A DNA stretch of 57,111 nucleotides, filler included, from Basidiobolus ranarum (taxonomy: Eukaryota): the NCBI GenBank assembly GCA_040143965.1. It is 4 parts of 4 records of this genome, joined end to end, with 100 filler letters (N's around TTAATTAATTAA, not from the genome) between each part and the next. Parts side by side here need not be neighbours in the genome. Positions count along the whole stretch, not along the records: positions 14,328 to 28,548 come from JASJQH010007311.1; positions 28,649 to 42,836 come from JASJQH010007312.1; 2 more parts are not named here. One strand, given 5' to 3'. Each line of letters opens with the position of its first letter. Positions within the stretch are counted from its first letter, which is position 1. Below the pieces are notes generated by a model that saw nothing but the letters and a program-made list of their open reading frames with translations, was not told the DNA's origin and did not search any database. The translations under genes were made by a program, and so were the position numbers. Shown piece after piece: positions 22,231 to 35,841 of the stretch.

Positions 22231-25200
22231 TCATTGGTATCTACTAAGAATTTCACCATAAAGCTCGTACATCTAAAAGACATTATATTATGTTTAGATG
22301 CTTTGTCTCAATATTTAGGCGGACTAGATTTACTAACCCTTTTCTCATAACCTTCTTTATCATCTAGATGCGACAGAAGTGAAACTGCCATTTCACTCCA
22401 CTTTTTGGCTTTGTCAATATCAGAGCCACTATTTCAACTATCAATAGGTTTTTTTTGACAGATTGCTCAAATTAAATGTATACTTGCCCATAGAATTCAA
22501 TTCCTTTGTTCCAGGCTGTCACAGTTAGCCACTCAATTTCAGTTTGTGGATAATCCCCCTAGAATCAGATGGGTTTATACAATGGTTATATGTAGCCTGT
22601 ATACAAATGGATAGTACTTTATCACAGTTTTTTAAGATATCTTGAATTTGAATAAAGAACTGATATGCGGCATCGGCATCGTTCTTTATCGCGGTCATGA
22701 CTATAATACGAAACCAATGACTGAATTTAACGTAGTCAACTAGCTCCTTCTTTAGGATGTTATCAAGTACTGCCTGAAGTTGAGTAAGTATATCTGTCCG
22801 ATTCTGATTGCATTAATATGGAAGTAGATCACTTACTTGTGTAACAAGAAGAAGTACTATTGGATTTTGGTTAGCCAAAACGTTTACCTATGTTGAATGG
22901 TTAGACTAACCTGTAAGCGGGCATTCCGTTTCTCTGAGTATAATATCTTAATTTTCATAAGCACTATCAGTAATATGCTCATATATTTTTATATAGATAT
23001 AATACTACCTGCTATTCTTTCAAATACATGAACATTTAAGTCCTCAGATACGCCATCAGCATACTATATGAATATTTGAAATGTCAATTATATTTCATCA
23101 CATCATCACAAATCGCTTCAAATGCACTCACTTGAATAATTTCGTATAGATCTCCCCATAATTGAAGCTTTACTTTAGCTTCAAATTTTAATACTATTAA
23201 CTGTTCGTTGATTTCTTTTCCCTCTTCAGAGATCTTTCGCTTGCTTGGAGCAGTGTTATTCGTATATATCTCTATATTTTGATATTCATCAATGTTTCTT
23301 AATGCTTGGCTAAGAATTTCGTTCTAAAGTATAGTTCGTTGGTTAGATTGTTCAATTGAAGAAGCATAGTTAAGAAATTAAAATTAACGCGTTGGTTCGT
23401 TTTAGAAACATTTCGGGAAAATAAAATTTGCGAGGCGGAGCACATGAACAAGCATGTTTTTTTTCTTTCGAGATTTTCTTGATCTTTCTCTAGTGTATTC
23501 AAAAACTAATAAAGGGGTTAACAAGTGATATATTCCCAGAAAACATAAATTGAATAAATCTACAATTATTGCTGCTTCAAAATATCGATAAGTCAGTTCT
23601 AACTTTTGATTCCGAGCAAATTTAACCCCAAGGTTCCAAGCTGATAATAACGGTATAAACAAGATGAATCATTACAAAGGTTCTGTTTCTATTCTCTATA
23701 CTTGCATATTTTAAAGAACCATGTTATATCTTCTCCAAAATCAATCATCGATAGATTCGGTTCGCCTTGGATTAATTTCAACCCTACATATTTGTATTGA
23801 TAAATAGGTCGTTAAGAAGCAAATGTTATTTCTCTCACCTTTCTCTAGAAGTATCCATGTAGTATCTCTTGATATTGACAATTAAATGAGAAACTGAACG
23901 AATGGTAAATATTGTATTTGATGAAATACTCAGGCGATTCGTCGAGGTCATAATTTTGAGAAATGTTCAAACGAATAAGGCATCTGATGAGAGTCAAATG
24001 TAAATAGGAGAAAAATAATGATAATCTGAGTATTTCATTTTAAACTTTCCTCAATATCCGTAGTTGCTCAGACTCCGATTCAAATGAACTAGTACGCTCC
24101 TTCCAAGCATAAAGCAAATAAAGACTTTCTTTGAGGATTTCCTTGCTTTCATTTTCATATGCTAAATTGACCACTATATCAAGAAGTTCCACCGAAAAAT
24201 CAATTCCATTGCACATCTTTTGAGTGTTGACAATTGCTATAATATATATTAGAGTAAGTTATACTTCAAAAGGAATAATAAAAAATCAGAACCTGCTTGA
24301 ATATCCTCTTGTTCTAACGCAAGCCTGAAATAAATAAAAAAATTCAAAGCCGAATCTGGCTCTAATTTCTGTGCTTTTTCGAGTGCCGAATAAGCTATCT
24401 CCATATTTCTATTCTCGATATGACATACTGCGATTTTCCTTGAAGAAAATCATTATTTTTCTGAAGGATATAATACCAATGTTGGATAATTCTTTACCGT
24501 TGAAGAGTTGCCTTATTCTTTATATCCGAACCTTCAGTCATAAAACGCTCGCTAAATTCATACCATTTCAAAGCATGTAAGAATTCTCTGTCCTATATTC
24601 TCATAGTTTTAGTTTATAATTTCTCTAATTAAATAGAAACTTAAGCATGTTACCCCAAATCTATAATCTCCAACTTGCCAAAATATCTTGCTGATTTTAG
24701 TTTCCTATTATCAAGAGAAAACCCAACTCTATCCTCACCATTTGACAGGTCATTCTTGTATCATCAGTTAAGTTCGCGTCATATTTCCTCTGATCTAAAT
24801 TGATATTGTTATACTCAGACTGAATTCCGTGGACTTGGAATTTGATCTTACCAAAAATAACCGATTTGATTTTCTCGATAGCAAGCTCAGGGTCTATCTT
24901 ATTATCGAAAGCACTGAGGTGTATGTAAACGATTATGAGCTTTTCAAAGCAATTTGTTTCGATAACTTTTTGACTCATGTCAGTCAAAAATATCTCCAAT
25001 CCTTGCAATGCAGGTTCTGTACTACAAAGTATGTGTTATAGCTTCGTCATACAATTATAATTTACTTCAACCTTTACCCAATAAGCTCTGCAGATCGATG
25101 CACCATGTACAAATAGCTAAAGAAAAGTTAGAATTTGAGAAATAAAGTTAATAAGAGAATAAACAACCTAGTAAGATTTTCCTCCTTGATCTCACAAGAT

Positions 25201-27045
25201 TTAAGAGCGTGCATGTAAGCTAAAATAATAGAGATGGGAATCAGTTTTTCAAAATAACTCTAGATATTATGAGGACCTTTTTCCAAAGAGGTATGATCCA
25301 TGTTCTTCTTGTGCATAATTTCCAATCTTAAAAGATAAGCTTGGGGATTTGGATATTCCTATGCGGATAAATTTAATATGGAGCTTAAATATGGATTTGA
25401 TTTTGCTTACCTCAATCAATAAATCAGCTGCGCTTTCAGCTAGAGTAGTATACGCATTTCCACCAAGAGTAAGGTATACTTTAACTGATATAAATTATAA
25501 GAACTAAGATTTCACATCTACTTTACAAGATATACATTTACAATTTACCTAAGGATTCCAAAGTTTGCACCTATTGCATACTATATAGTAAATATTCGAC
25601 TTATTTTTGGCTTAATTCAAATCATCAATTTACCAGAACTTTGGATGACCATATTTCGTGTTTATCATTCCTTCCACAATCAAGTATATTGATGGCTTTT
25701 TTCAACCATTTTGCTGCTTCCATGTTTTCTCCTTCTTTGTTCTTTTGTTCTCCAAATTCCCGGCACGTATCTGCCAACTCTGCAACCTAAAAGTACATTT
25801 TGATCAGTTACAGTTGGGATTTATGAGTTTCTATACATACTAACTTCTCTATCAGAAGTCTTTACCAAGATTGATGTATCTAAACAAGGTTATTTAATGA
25901 AATCAAACGAATTGTGATTCGTTAAATTACCAGTGATTCTATCAATCATGTAATGTGCTACACCAGAATTGCCCAACTTCCATGCCTATTTAATATGATA
26001 TTAGAGTCAACACTAAGCCTATACAGAACACCAATACATACGATTTGAGCGCGACACAAGTAAAATTGAAGAAGATTCTCTGATCGTGAGATTTCATCAG
26101 CATCTTTGGCCTTCTCAGGGAAATCATTTATTTTATCTTGCAACTAGATATTTTAAATCATTAGAGATAAATGCATTGAACTAATTGAGTCATACGTACT
26201 TCTCCTAGCTGATTACATATATCTTGCGCTTCTATAGTTTCACCACATTCTACATATTTATAAGGATTAGGATGCATATTTGGTTCACTTTCGAATGAAG
26301 TTTGCCTAACCCAACATATATTTAGCCGCTTGGGTTCCCAAGCCAATCAACCGGAGTAGCACTTAAGAAGAAAATATTAGTACTTCAACAACTGGTACAT
26401 TCATTCCAAAACTTATACTTTGTTCACTTTCAATAAAGCCGGTCCCAACTAGAATAAGTAGAAACCCTGCAGTTTTAACTAGACAGAGACATGTTATGAT
26501 AAAAAAACCTTTATGAATCTGACAAATCAAATTTACGTAATGCTATGATCTTCCTTGTAATAATAAAATCCGCACGGTTATCCTCTGTCCTTTTCACTTT
26601 TATACTAGTGTTCCACAAATGGACTCCTAATATATATAAAAAATAGTAAGAATTAAGGAACATTTGATGTTGATGTTATTTTACCTAAGTCTTCAAGCTC
26701 AATCCCTATTTCAGATTGAAGTGTGTTTAATCCAGATTGAGTCTGCTTAATATCATGTATCAATTGTTCCAGTAACAATTCTATCTGGTCTATATCCTCC
26801 TTCTTCAACAGTTTCTCACAAATCTCGTTTGATAGTCCTTTAGTAACATTTTAGTTAACTAAATAGTCATTAAGAATTATGCACCAAGTGACTGATACCA
26901 CGAAATTTTAGTAGCTTTTCTTTCGATACCCCAGGGTCAAGAGGCTTTTCCTTTCCCTATTAGAATGAATCAATATGTATGTATACTCTATTTGGAAACG
27001 TGTGATACGAATGTAACTTACCATCTCCAAGGTTGTTTTTAGCAT
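22231..27045 (-). CDS. SPO22: Meiotic ZMM TPR-like protein SPO22/ZIP4/TEX11, about 35 exons; start codon approximate
   Basis: Manual splicing gives one continuous frame containing LEDLGVHLWNTSI, IIALLKTAGFLLI, RAQI-AWKLGNSGVAHYM, AAKWLKKAI, EYPNPQAYLLRLEI, IFWQVGD, ALKWYEFS..NKATLQRKIAVCHI, ILRCLIRL, WFFKISWNLG, KFEAKVKLQLWGDL, KFSHWFRII, YPQTEIEWLTVTAWNKGIEFY and AKKWSEMAVSLL. It ends MYELYGEILSRYQ* with TGA at 22233-22231. Confidence 0.88.
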
Positions 27046-28548
27046 GTCCTTCGAACTTGTCGCAAAGATAAGGGAGTGAAAGCCAAAACTCATGCATTTA
27101 TTCGATTTATAGCGCATACATAGCTTTGTCATATCCATAACAATCAAATCATTTTAAATGGCTAATCATCGACTTCAAAATGCATATACTCATTGATAAT
27201 TGAAGATCTCCCTGTTACAAACAGCTAGTGTACAAACCCAATTTTATTGAGCCGGATAGCTACACATATGGTATTGGGCCTTATAAACTAGGTAGTTGAG
27301 CCATTTTGCTAACTTTTCTCTGAGTATTACTAAACATCCTAAACGTTACAAGCACCAAATTATATCAGTTCTTTTAAATATCAGTATATTGTAACTAATT
27401 TCACAAGAAATCCTAATGAATGCACATGAAAACAACCCAAGCTTCATGACCGCACAATCAGCTACATCTAGAATATGAATTAAGTTCGAAGATATACAAA
27501 CTTTTAATACTTTTTAACTATTTCTACTATATCGTGTTCAAATTCAGGAGATAAAATTGAATAGTCAAAACGACTCTTGCTTCCACACATTTTCGGAATT
27601 CATAATCTCATATCCACCCACTCCATATCAAGCGAATCTTAGTGATCTGTGTACTAAATGTCGACGAATCAGCAAACCCAGTTGCAGAATTTTAATTTTT
27701 GTTTACTTCATCCTTCCTAAAGATGATCATTGTCCAAAGAAATATTATCCTTAACCTCCACAACTCTGTGCTAACAAGTGGCAGTCATGAGAGGATATCA
27801 TAAGTATCCCCTGAGCTGTACTAGAAGTTAACAATCTACTAATTTCGATAGCTCACAGAGTATAAATTGGTTCCTTAGACTCGGTTTTGTTATCATAACT
27901 TTGTTAAGTGAATCATCCTTTCGATATATGAATGCAATACTAACAATTATTAATCTTAGCTGAATGAGCCCAGAACTCTGTTTTATACTTGATATTAAAT
28001 GATCCTTTATTCTTATCATAGTTATCGAAACAACTATTTCCCATATAATTAGTATGTTCAACATAACTGACCAGCACAGTCTTTATTCTCGAATAGAATC
28101 GAACATTTCCAACCCAAACACCTTTAGCTCCAGCTTCCAATTACCGCATAAACATCATTTGAGACTTCAAAATTATCATTCAACAATTTACCAAATGGTG
28201 CACTAACACGATTATTAAGTGAATCATGTGCATGAGACCAATATGCACTTTGCATACCAACTCCAATGGTACTTTTGTTGCATTAGCATACTCCATTGCT
28301 ATAAAAGATGGGTTAAATTAAACAAAAGGATTCTTGAATCAAACACAATCCAAATATTTCATTTAGTGCATTAATAACATGTACTGTACCTCGTTACTCA
28401 AATAGGTAATTTTTGTTCCAACGACAGTGACATTTTATATGAAATTTAGCACATGAAGAGTTTGGGAATAAAAGGGTTTTGCTTCAAGAGGTTGATTAGA
28501 GTGCGTATTGCGCTCAAGGACTAACTTGTACTGAGCTGCAATTCATAA

Positions 28549-28648
28549 NNNNNNNNNNNNNNNNNNNNNNNNNNNNNNNNNNNNNNNNNNNNTTAATTAA
28601 TTAANNNNNNNNNNNNNNNNNNNNNNNNNNNNNNNNNNNNNNNNNNNN
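28549..28648. other. Assembly gap with TTAATTAATTAA linker
   Basis: Same 100-nt N/linker block as at 14228. Confidence 0.97.
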
Positions 28649-31600
28649 ACAGTTCACATCTCAGCTGCTTCATTTCTAAATATTTATATCTAATGGATGA
28701 TATTTAGAGTAGCATTGAATCAAAGAAAAAGCAACATTCCAAAGTATCTATTGCCATTGCGACAGAGCGAGGGCCAACACTACACTTGACTGAGGGCTAT
28801 GTCTGAGCCCATTGACGAGAGTTGTGTCTACTCATTTTCTTATGCATCGAGCTGCTCCCTGTAGACGCAAGCTCAATCAGCTATGGGGTATACCGCTTGC
28901 TAAGGCGTGTACTAGTCTGAAGTGATGGTAATTTTCAGTGCATTGAAAGTGTCGAATACTGTACCTGCTAAGAGCTGCCAAGTATGAAGAAATCTTCACG
29001 GTGTATCTGGGACCAAGATACCAGAAAACAATTCCCGAACTGATAATCCGGTGGACCTGTCTGATTTGGGGTATTTTGTATCGATCAATTCAAATTTGGA
29101 TTTAGGTTTTGGTTGGATAAATGCTCAGTGGCAGTCAAGTTTCTCTGACCCAGCAATGATGGTTGTATGCAACATATTGGCGTATGCATATCTAGGCCTT
29201 AGGAGCCTTATCTCGCCTGTAATTGTTTAGCCAATTGCTATTGCAAAGGGCTACCTCACCTGATCTTAAGAATCCTCTGCTGATTTGATGGTCTTGAGAG
29301 TTGCTCGATAAATATAGATTCATTTTGGTCAGACCATTACGAAACACAGCCAATGCAGATTCCGCATGGGTTCCGGTTATCCGTCGATAGGTATGTGTAT
29401 AAACAATAGGAAGTTGAAACCTAAGAGGTACCCAATTCTGATATTGGTACATACGCGGATGAACTAGATTCCTAATGCTCTTAACTTGCTGCCACCAGAA
29501 ATCCATTTGTTTAGCTACGGTTGCTTAGATGAATGAAATAGTGGCATCTCTCTGTACAACAAACACCAGTTTCCTAATATTACGCGACCACAAGCTGTGT
29601 ATGGCGAGGGTGTTTATAGTGTATTAGGTATCACCGTCGCACATAATCCGCAAACACATGGAGTGGTGAGCCTCTGCGTATGACATTGCATCTCAGATCA
29701 CCGAGCTCTTGAAGAATGTGTGATTCAAAAGAATTCCTGTAAGTTCATGTCAGAGTCTTAGTTGTGAATACTGTCTGATATCAGTTATTTTATTTCATGT
29801 TCGACAGAAATCAAATCGACACCATAGCAACACCACTTTAAAACAATATAAACAATCACAAATAATCGTCTATTTTCCAACCATTGGTGCGTCTTATTCA
29901 ACCGATCCAACCGGAATAATTAGCATTATGAATCCACTTCAGCTCATAAACAAGGGCATTGTATACGAATTTGGGCAGACGCAGGTATACTTTGCATGAA
30001 GAGGTGTTGACGTCTAAAATAGCATGTGCCATTTTGATGCTCACAGAAAGGTTACTTGAATTTATCTTGCAATTGTTTCCCACTTGTCCCAGTGATAATG
30101 GGAATGATATATCCAGTTCCCTAGAGAACCACCTACGAATAGATCCTCACCAATACCAACGGCGGATTGACCGTTTTGAGGTAGCAGTTGAGTACTTTTG
30201 TCCTACCTACGTCACATTTTTCACACCAAGTCAGATACCCATTCTATCATTAGTTTAACGGTAGATGGTATGCTATGTGCCAAGATCGATCGTGACCGAT
30301 AATTTATTGTGTGACGAACTAGAGATTACTGAATATCTCTTACCCATGACAATCTGGGAAGAAACGAGTTATCTTTGGTCACTAATTTGGGGGATTTTTC
30401 ACATTCTCAACATGTACTCGAACAACAGTACAGCTCATCAAGCTAATCTATCAGAGTCTGTGTCCCTTTTTGACACTATACTCCACACTTAATGTTGATA
30501 ATGAAATCAGGTAACGTATGTGTGTGAAAGAGCTCACATATATTGTGAGAATGATATCATGATCAACAGGGTTAGGGTTGAAGTGAATTCCCAATATTCA
30601 TACTCTATACTAACCCTTACAATTTACACTAAAATGGTGCAGGGATCAGACAGGTATGAGAGCCAGTAAGTTTCAGGGTATTCAAGTGTAGAGCAGATAC
30701 ATACCAACATTACATATTAACTACAAAAGGAACTAAGCCTTCATTAAACTTGATCCGATAATTATGGACTGAGGTCAAGTAAAGACTTTCAATACACATA
30801 CATGTTCTCTTCACGAGGATTATTACTATGAGTATTCTACCATATCCGACCTAAATCACTACCATTTCCTTCAGAATCACTATCATTGGTGGCTATTTAT
30901 AGTGCACATTATATGACTTGATGAATCTCGCCATTTGGTATATGTACCGAGCCAATAGAGAGAAGTTATGACCAACGATTTTCGTATACTACTTGCTCAC
31001 ATAGTTTGATGTGGCTTCTAATAAGAAGATGATAAGGAAAACAGTGACTTCGTTGTTTCACCATATTTCGATAATTCATCCTCACCAAAGTTGCCCCGTT
31101 TCTCCTAAGAATCAGATGACCAGGGCTTCTCGAGTCGTCACCTGTGTACCCTGTAGATAGACATGATTCGACAAAGTGAATGAATGGCATTTGGTAATAC
31201 AAAGTAAATCTTTAATTCAACAATAAATAGAAAGTTTAATCTTGGTGTAGTGAAAAATGACCTTTACAAACGGGACGAGAATTTCAATTATGTACTAATG
31301 AACAATTATACTTTTCATGTATACCATTTAACTTGGGATATGGAAAAAAGAAAAATACTCAATTGAGATTGTTGAGGAAAAGCCTAGGGAACTTAAGTGT
31401 GGTGGTTAAGGATAATTGTTCTTTTTAGTATATACATGCATTACTAAGTAAAAGTCAAATTAATTAACAAAAAACTCAATACGTGGAGAAGGGAGATAAT
31501 CAAAGTTATACTGATAGACAAACGTTACAGGTTCGTTGTTAAGTGATATCTTATGGTACCAGTGTGACCCAATTCGAGGGGTTTTCTTTATGTATATATA

Positions 31601-32039
31601 TATATGTATATATATATGTGTGTGTACCTTGGCTTTTGTCATGTGCTGGAGAAAGTGGTGTCGTACAAGGTAAGAATAGTCCATTGCGTGTGAAGAGATA
31701 TGAAGGATAATGAGCGGAGTAGGTTGGTGTAACAAAGAAAAGAATAGAACAGAATAATGATTTTCCATTCAAAATATGAAGGAGGCATTGATAACCTTTA
31801 AACGGACTGAAGAGCAATAAAAAAGATATTAATACACTGGGAACAATGGCAGAAAGTCGAAAGTAGATAAGATAAGAAAGAACAAGATGAGAAGCTTTGC
31901 TGAAAGAGAGAATTCAAAAAGGCACAATCCGAGTCTCTTCTTTTTGTAATATAATCATATGTGGACATATACACGTATATGAATTGTAAAATAGAGAAAT
32001 ATACTTGTAAGCTTGCTCATTGTATGAACATAGAGTTGA

Positions 32040-32968
32040 TTAGACAGGAAGAAGAAAAGAACCATCGTTCAATTCACTTCCTTGTGAGTGGGAGTGTTGA
32101 TGTATTCCCAGATTACTGAGAGTTTGATCAGTGCCATCCTAAAAAAGAGTCAGTACCGTTTTAAACTAATGAAAATACTATGAATACACATACCCCGTTG
32201 ACTTGCTGAGAGTGTTGGTGTTGATGTGGATGTTGTAGCTGTTGCATTTGTTGCTGACGTAGCTGATGCTGTTGTAACTGATGTTGCTGGAATTGTTGTA
32301 TATGTTGCCGCTGCAGATGAGATGCTAAACCTAAAGCTACACAATTAGTCGTATGCGTTGATGGAAAACCGTACTCAAGACTGTGTGATTTGTTCATGGA
32401 GAGCCGCTGAACAGGTGGAGAATCTGGGCGAGGTAAACATAAATAATCCTGAAATACAGCCAGTGTCAATTTTCAGTGCATTTGCCAAACTTTAAGCCAG
32501 CTTATGAATACCTTCAAAGCTGAGCTCACTACTACACCATACAAAAGTAGATTGGCCATTCTGTTGAATATTATATTTAGTCATTGGCTATTTTATCGAT
32601 GCATATTATGATAAAACTTACACTCGTCCAACATCGGAGAAGCCAAAAAGGAAGAAGTTGGGTAGTAAAAGCACGAAGGTAAGGTGATCGCCTAGAGCAC
32701 CAGTTGCAATAAAGTAAGCATCTAAAATATTGCACCTTAAAACTCGCTAGAAAATGTATAGTGAGAAAGCGTGAGAGTGTACAATGAGGTAAGGGCTCCT
32801 TACTTGAAGCCCACTTAGTAGTTTGGTTTCTTTACGTCCCAAGTTCAACAATATTCGACGAATACTTGAACGAGTGGTACCAAATGCTTTGCCGTATATA
32901 TGCTCTGGTAAACCACTGTTCCCAGTAGGAGTTTGACCTTCCAGTTTATGTACTCTGCTGGTAGTCAT
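32040..32968 (-). CDS. LCB3/YSR3-like sphingoid-base-phosphate phosphatase N-terminal half fused in frame to a Q/H-rich C-terminus (chimeric or truncated)
   Basis: Exons 32968-32804, 32746-32622, 32560-32512, 32448-32194 and 32138-32040. They read LDAYFIATGALGDHLTFVLLLP..GR..ALKDYLCLPRPDSPPVQRLSM...LEYGFPSTHTTNCVALGL, then ASHLQRQHIQQFQQHQLQQ... PAP2 motifs C1 and C2 are present; C3 is absent. Confidence 0.8.
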
Positions 32969-35841
32969 TGATACAGGAGAAGAACTGAGATGGGCTCATT
33001 ATAAGGGACTACAACGAAGCGATGGTCTCAGCATCCAAAACTGAATAATAGACATCCAAATTGTCCTACTTCAGCATTATTTCCTTTTTTGATATAGCCA
33101 AAATTCGCTTGAATTTACATATTTGATCAGACTGATATAGTAAAAGGGGTGGTATATTGAACCAATAGGGTTGTTAAGCAGTTCAACCATCCTAACGGAA
33201 TGAAAGGCCAAGATGGCTTCTAAATACGCCCTGTGTATATCACACCTCAATCCTCCGATGTTCAAGCACTCTTTAAGCAATAAACTAACTACGCACTGTT
33301 ATCTCTGCGTATGAATGTTTGATTTAGAGCAGAAACGACTTGTGGCTGCTAGCCATACGCTATCTTATTACAAAGAACGGGATACCGTCCACAATCGAGC
33401 ATCTAAAAGTCTGTAATGGGATAAATGCGATAATCAAAGCTTTCATCAAGTTACCGCATTCTGCCTAAATCAGACAATGAATTCAGCAGGCACCATCCGA
33501 TAAAGGGTAAACCTGAAGATGTAGCAATTAGGCACCCTTGTATAACAAGATTTACGGTACAAAGGAAGCTACGCATCACAATCATCATTCAGCTGGATAG
33601 CCTGATCACATCAAGTATATACCAACAAAAAACTCTTTCCACGGTTACGGGAGAATTCCACATGGACTTTGTAAGTGCAACGACTACAACTTATCACATT
33701 GACAGTTGTTCAAATTTGATCGGCTAGTGAATCAACTTTTCAACAATAGAAGTGTTGAGGCTGTCAAAGTACTTCTATATGGAAACAGGACGAGGTATAT
33801 TCCAAATTAAAGCTTACATGCCTCTCCAACTGAGAAAGTGAGAGAAGATGTAAGAGGAACAGATGAATAACCGTTTCATTCTCACTGGAGACAGCAGCTT
33901 CCTCATTGCTCTAGCCAAATCTACATGCACCTGGCAGGAATTGCCAGTAGAAGTACATAGCGAGACTTTTGGCTAATGTATTTCGAGAATTAGAAGAATA
34001 GTGGGTCTTTGGGTTGGATTACTGATTTACGTCAAGCCAACTACCAGCTGATATTCCTAGAACACCACGAAATTAAACCCTCTCTAATCAACCTGTTTGA
34101 CTTTAGGGTTACCGGGAAATTTAGTTATTGGGCTGTATGGACTCGAATCAATTAGGGCGTATAAATGCGACATTATCATTGCAAATTAATAATGTTATTG
34201 TGGGACACAAGGAAATTCATCCCAGATAGAGTGCTGTATATGGTAATATCATATTTCTATTTATCATGGCACATGGTCAAGATCGGAAAGGAGGGAACTA
34301 TGACAATTGTGTGCGGACGAATTGAATGCTCATTGGCTCAGAATTGCACTGGCGCGAGTGGAAAGGAGACACCAAATTTAATACTGAATTATGCAGCGCA
34401 TCCATAAATAACATTAGGCTATTTCCTTTTTCATTGCGATAGCATAATGACTTTGAGTCGCTTCTATCCCTGAGATAGACTCTTGAGCGCAATACAAACC
34501 GAGTAATTGGCCATCAGAAGACATAGAGTCTGATAGCGCCATAGAGTGGCTTAATAAAGCGCAGGAACACATCAATTTCTATTTTATTTCAGCAGTCTCA
34601 TACTTACTGGTATCATCATCGCTAACGTGAGCTTGCATGGAATCCGGTCACGCGTTGTGGTCGCTTCAAACTTTAGACGGTGCAGGCCCCTCTAAAAACA
34701 ATTTACGTCTCTGAGAGATGATAGAATTGGGTCACATGGGATCTAGCTACTGCTTCAGGAAGCAAAGGATTCGTAGTAGCTAGTGAGAGTAGCATGGCCC
34801 TTCTGTGGGCGCAACATAGTCTAGTAATTACATGGGAATCATCATACATCCAGATAGCCACAGCAAGTAGTGGATCTGGTCACTTTGGATCCAAAGCTAG
34901 CCCACCGATATCCCTTAATATGATGTAATGAAGCTGTGGCCTTACAAACTTTCCCATCTCCGATCTGAACAGGGCTCGCTAGGACCCAGCCATCCAGCCA
35001 TTCTTCCTAATAGAATACAATGTGACAGAGATCCGAATTGCGAGGTGGTAGCTCACAATGGAGTGGAATGAGGTCATTGAAGCTTGCTCACCACCAAGCA
35101 AGAAGAGCTGTGTGAAGCATCTCACTGTTCTCACTGGATATGATACCAGTTCGCCACACATGTATGCAAGCTACTCATGGTAGGAAGAGAAAGCGCTTTC
35201 CAAGGGAGGCGGAAATACCAAGTGCAGCTTATCAACTCAAGACTGCTCAATCTGATCATCAATGCATCAAATTGGCACCTTGCCATTGTACCAATTTCGC
35301 TCAGGAAATTAAAGCGGAACAAAATCACTTTCGAATGGAAATATTCAATGATATCTGCTCGTGGGCTCCCAATGTGAAAAATTTCCATATTTGTAGCTAG
35401 CCAGGAACATCAGCCTCATTCAATCAATTGTAATGATTGGCCTATTCCGCTGTGCAATAACCCTCGAACGCTATCAACATTTGAGATCGGTATTTATACA
35501 CCCTCCATGATCCTTGTCTCCAGTATCCATCCAACATCCAAAAGCTCTTTTGCTTGAAGCAAATTCTTTTCCACACTAGCATTTACATCCCACTCTCTCC
35601 ATTTAACCTGATCACCTCACTTCATCACCACTTCGATTTCATCATAGACCAAGCCTTATTTCGAGCCGGACTCGAAACAGTTATCGCCACACAATACATA
35701 CCAACCCGTACCCTTTATTCCCTCCGGATACCACTGCTTCTTTAGTCACTGATTAGTTGACAAATTTCCCTCTTGAAATCGAAACGCTCTGTTCCCAAAT
35801 AACAAACTTCTCTCTCCCCTTGGCCATTCTCCACTTGTACA

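Noticed and set aside
27830-28300. Coding-like minus-strand stretch (GVWVGNVRFYSRIKTVLVSYVEH...) faintly like a transposase C-terminus
   Set aside because: Has stops and frameshifts and no motif I can identify with confidence.
29665-29715. LRM...DHRAL resemblance to the Ty3/gypsy RT motif LRMCIDYRAL
   Set aside because: Needs a frame change and has no flanking RT motifs; probably chance.
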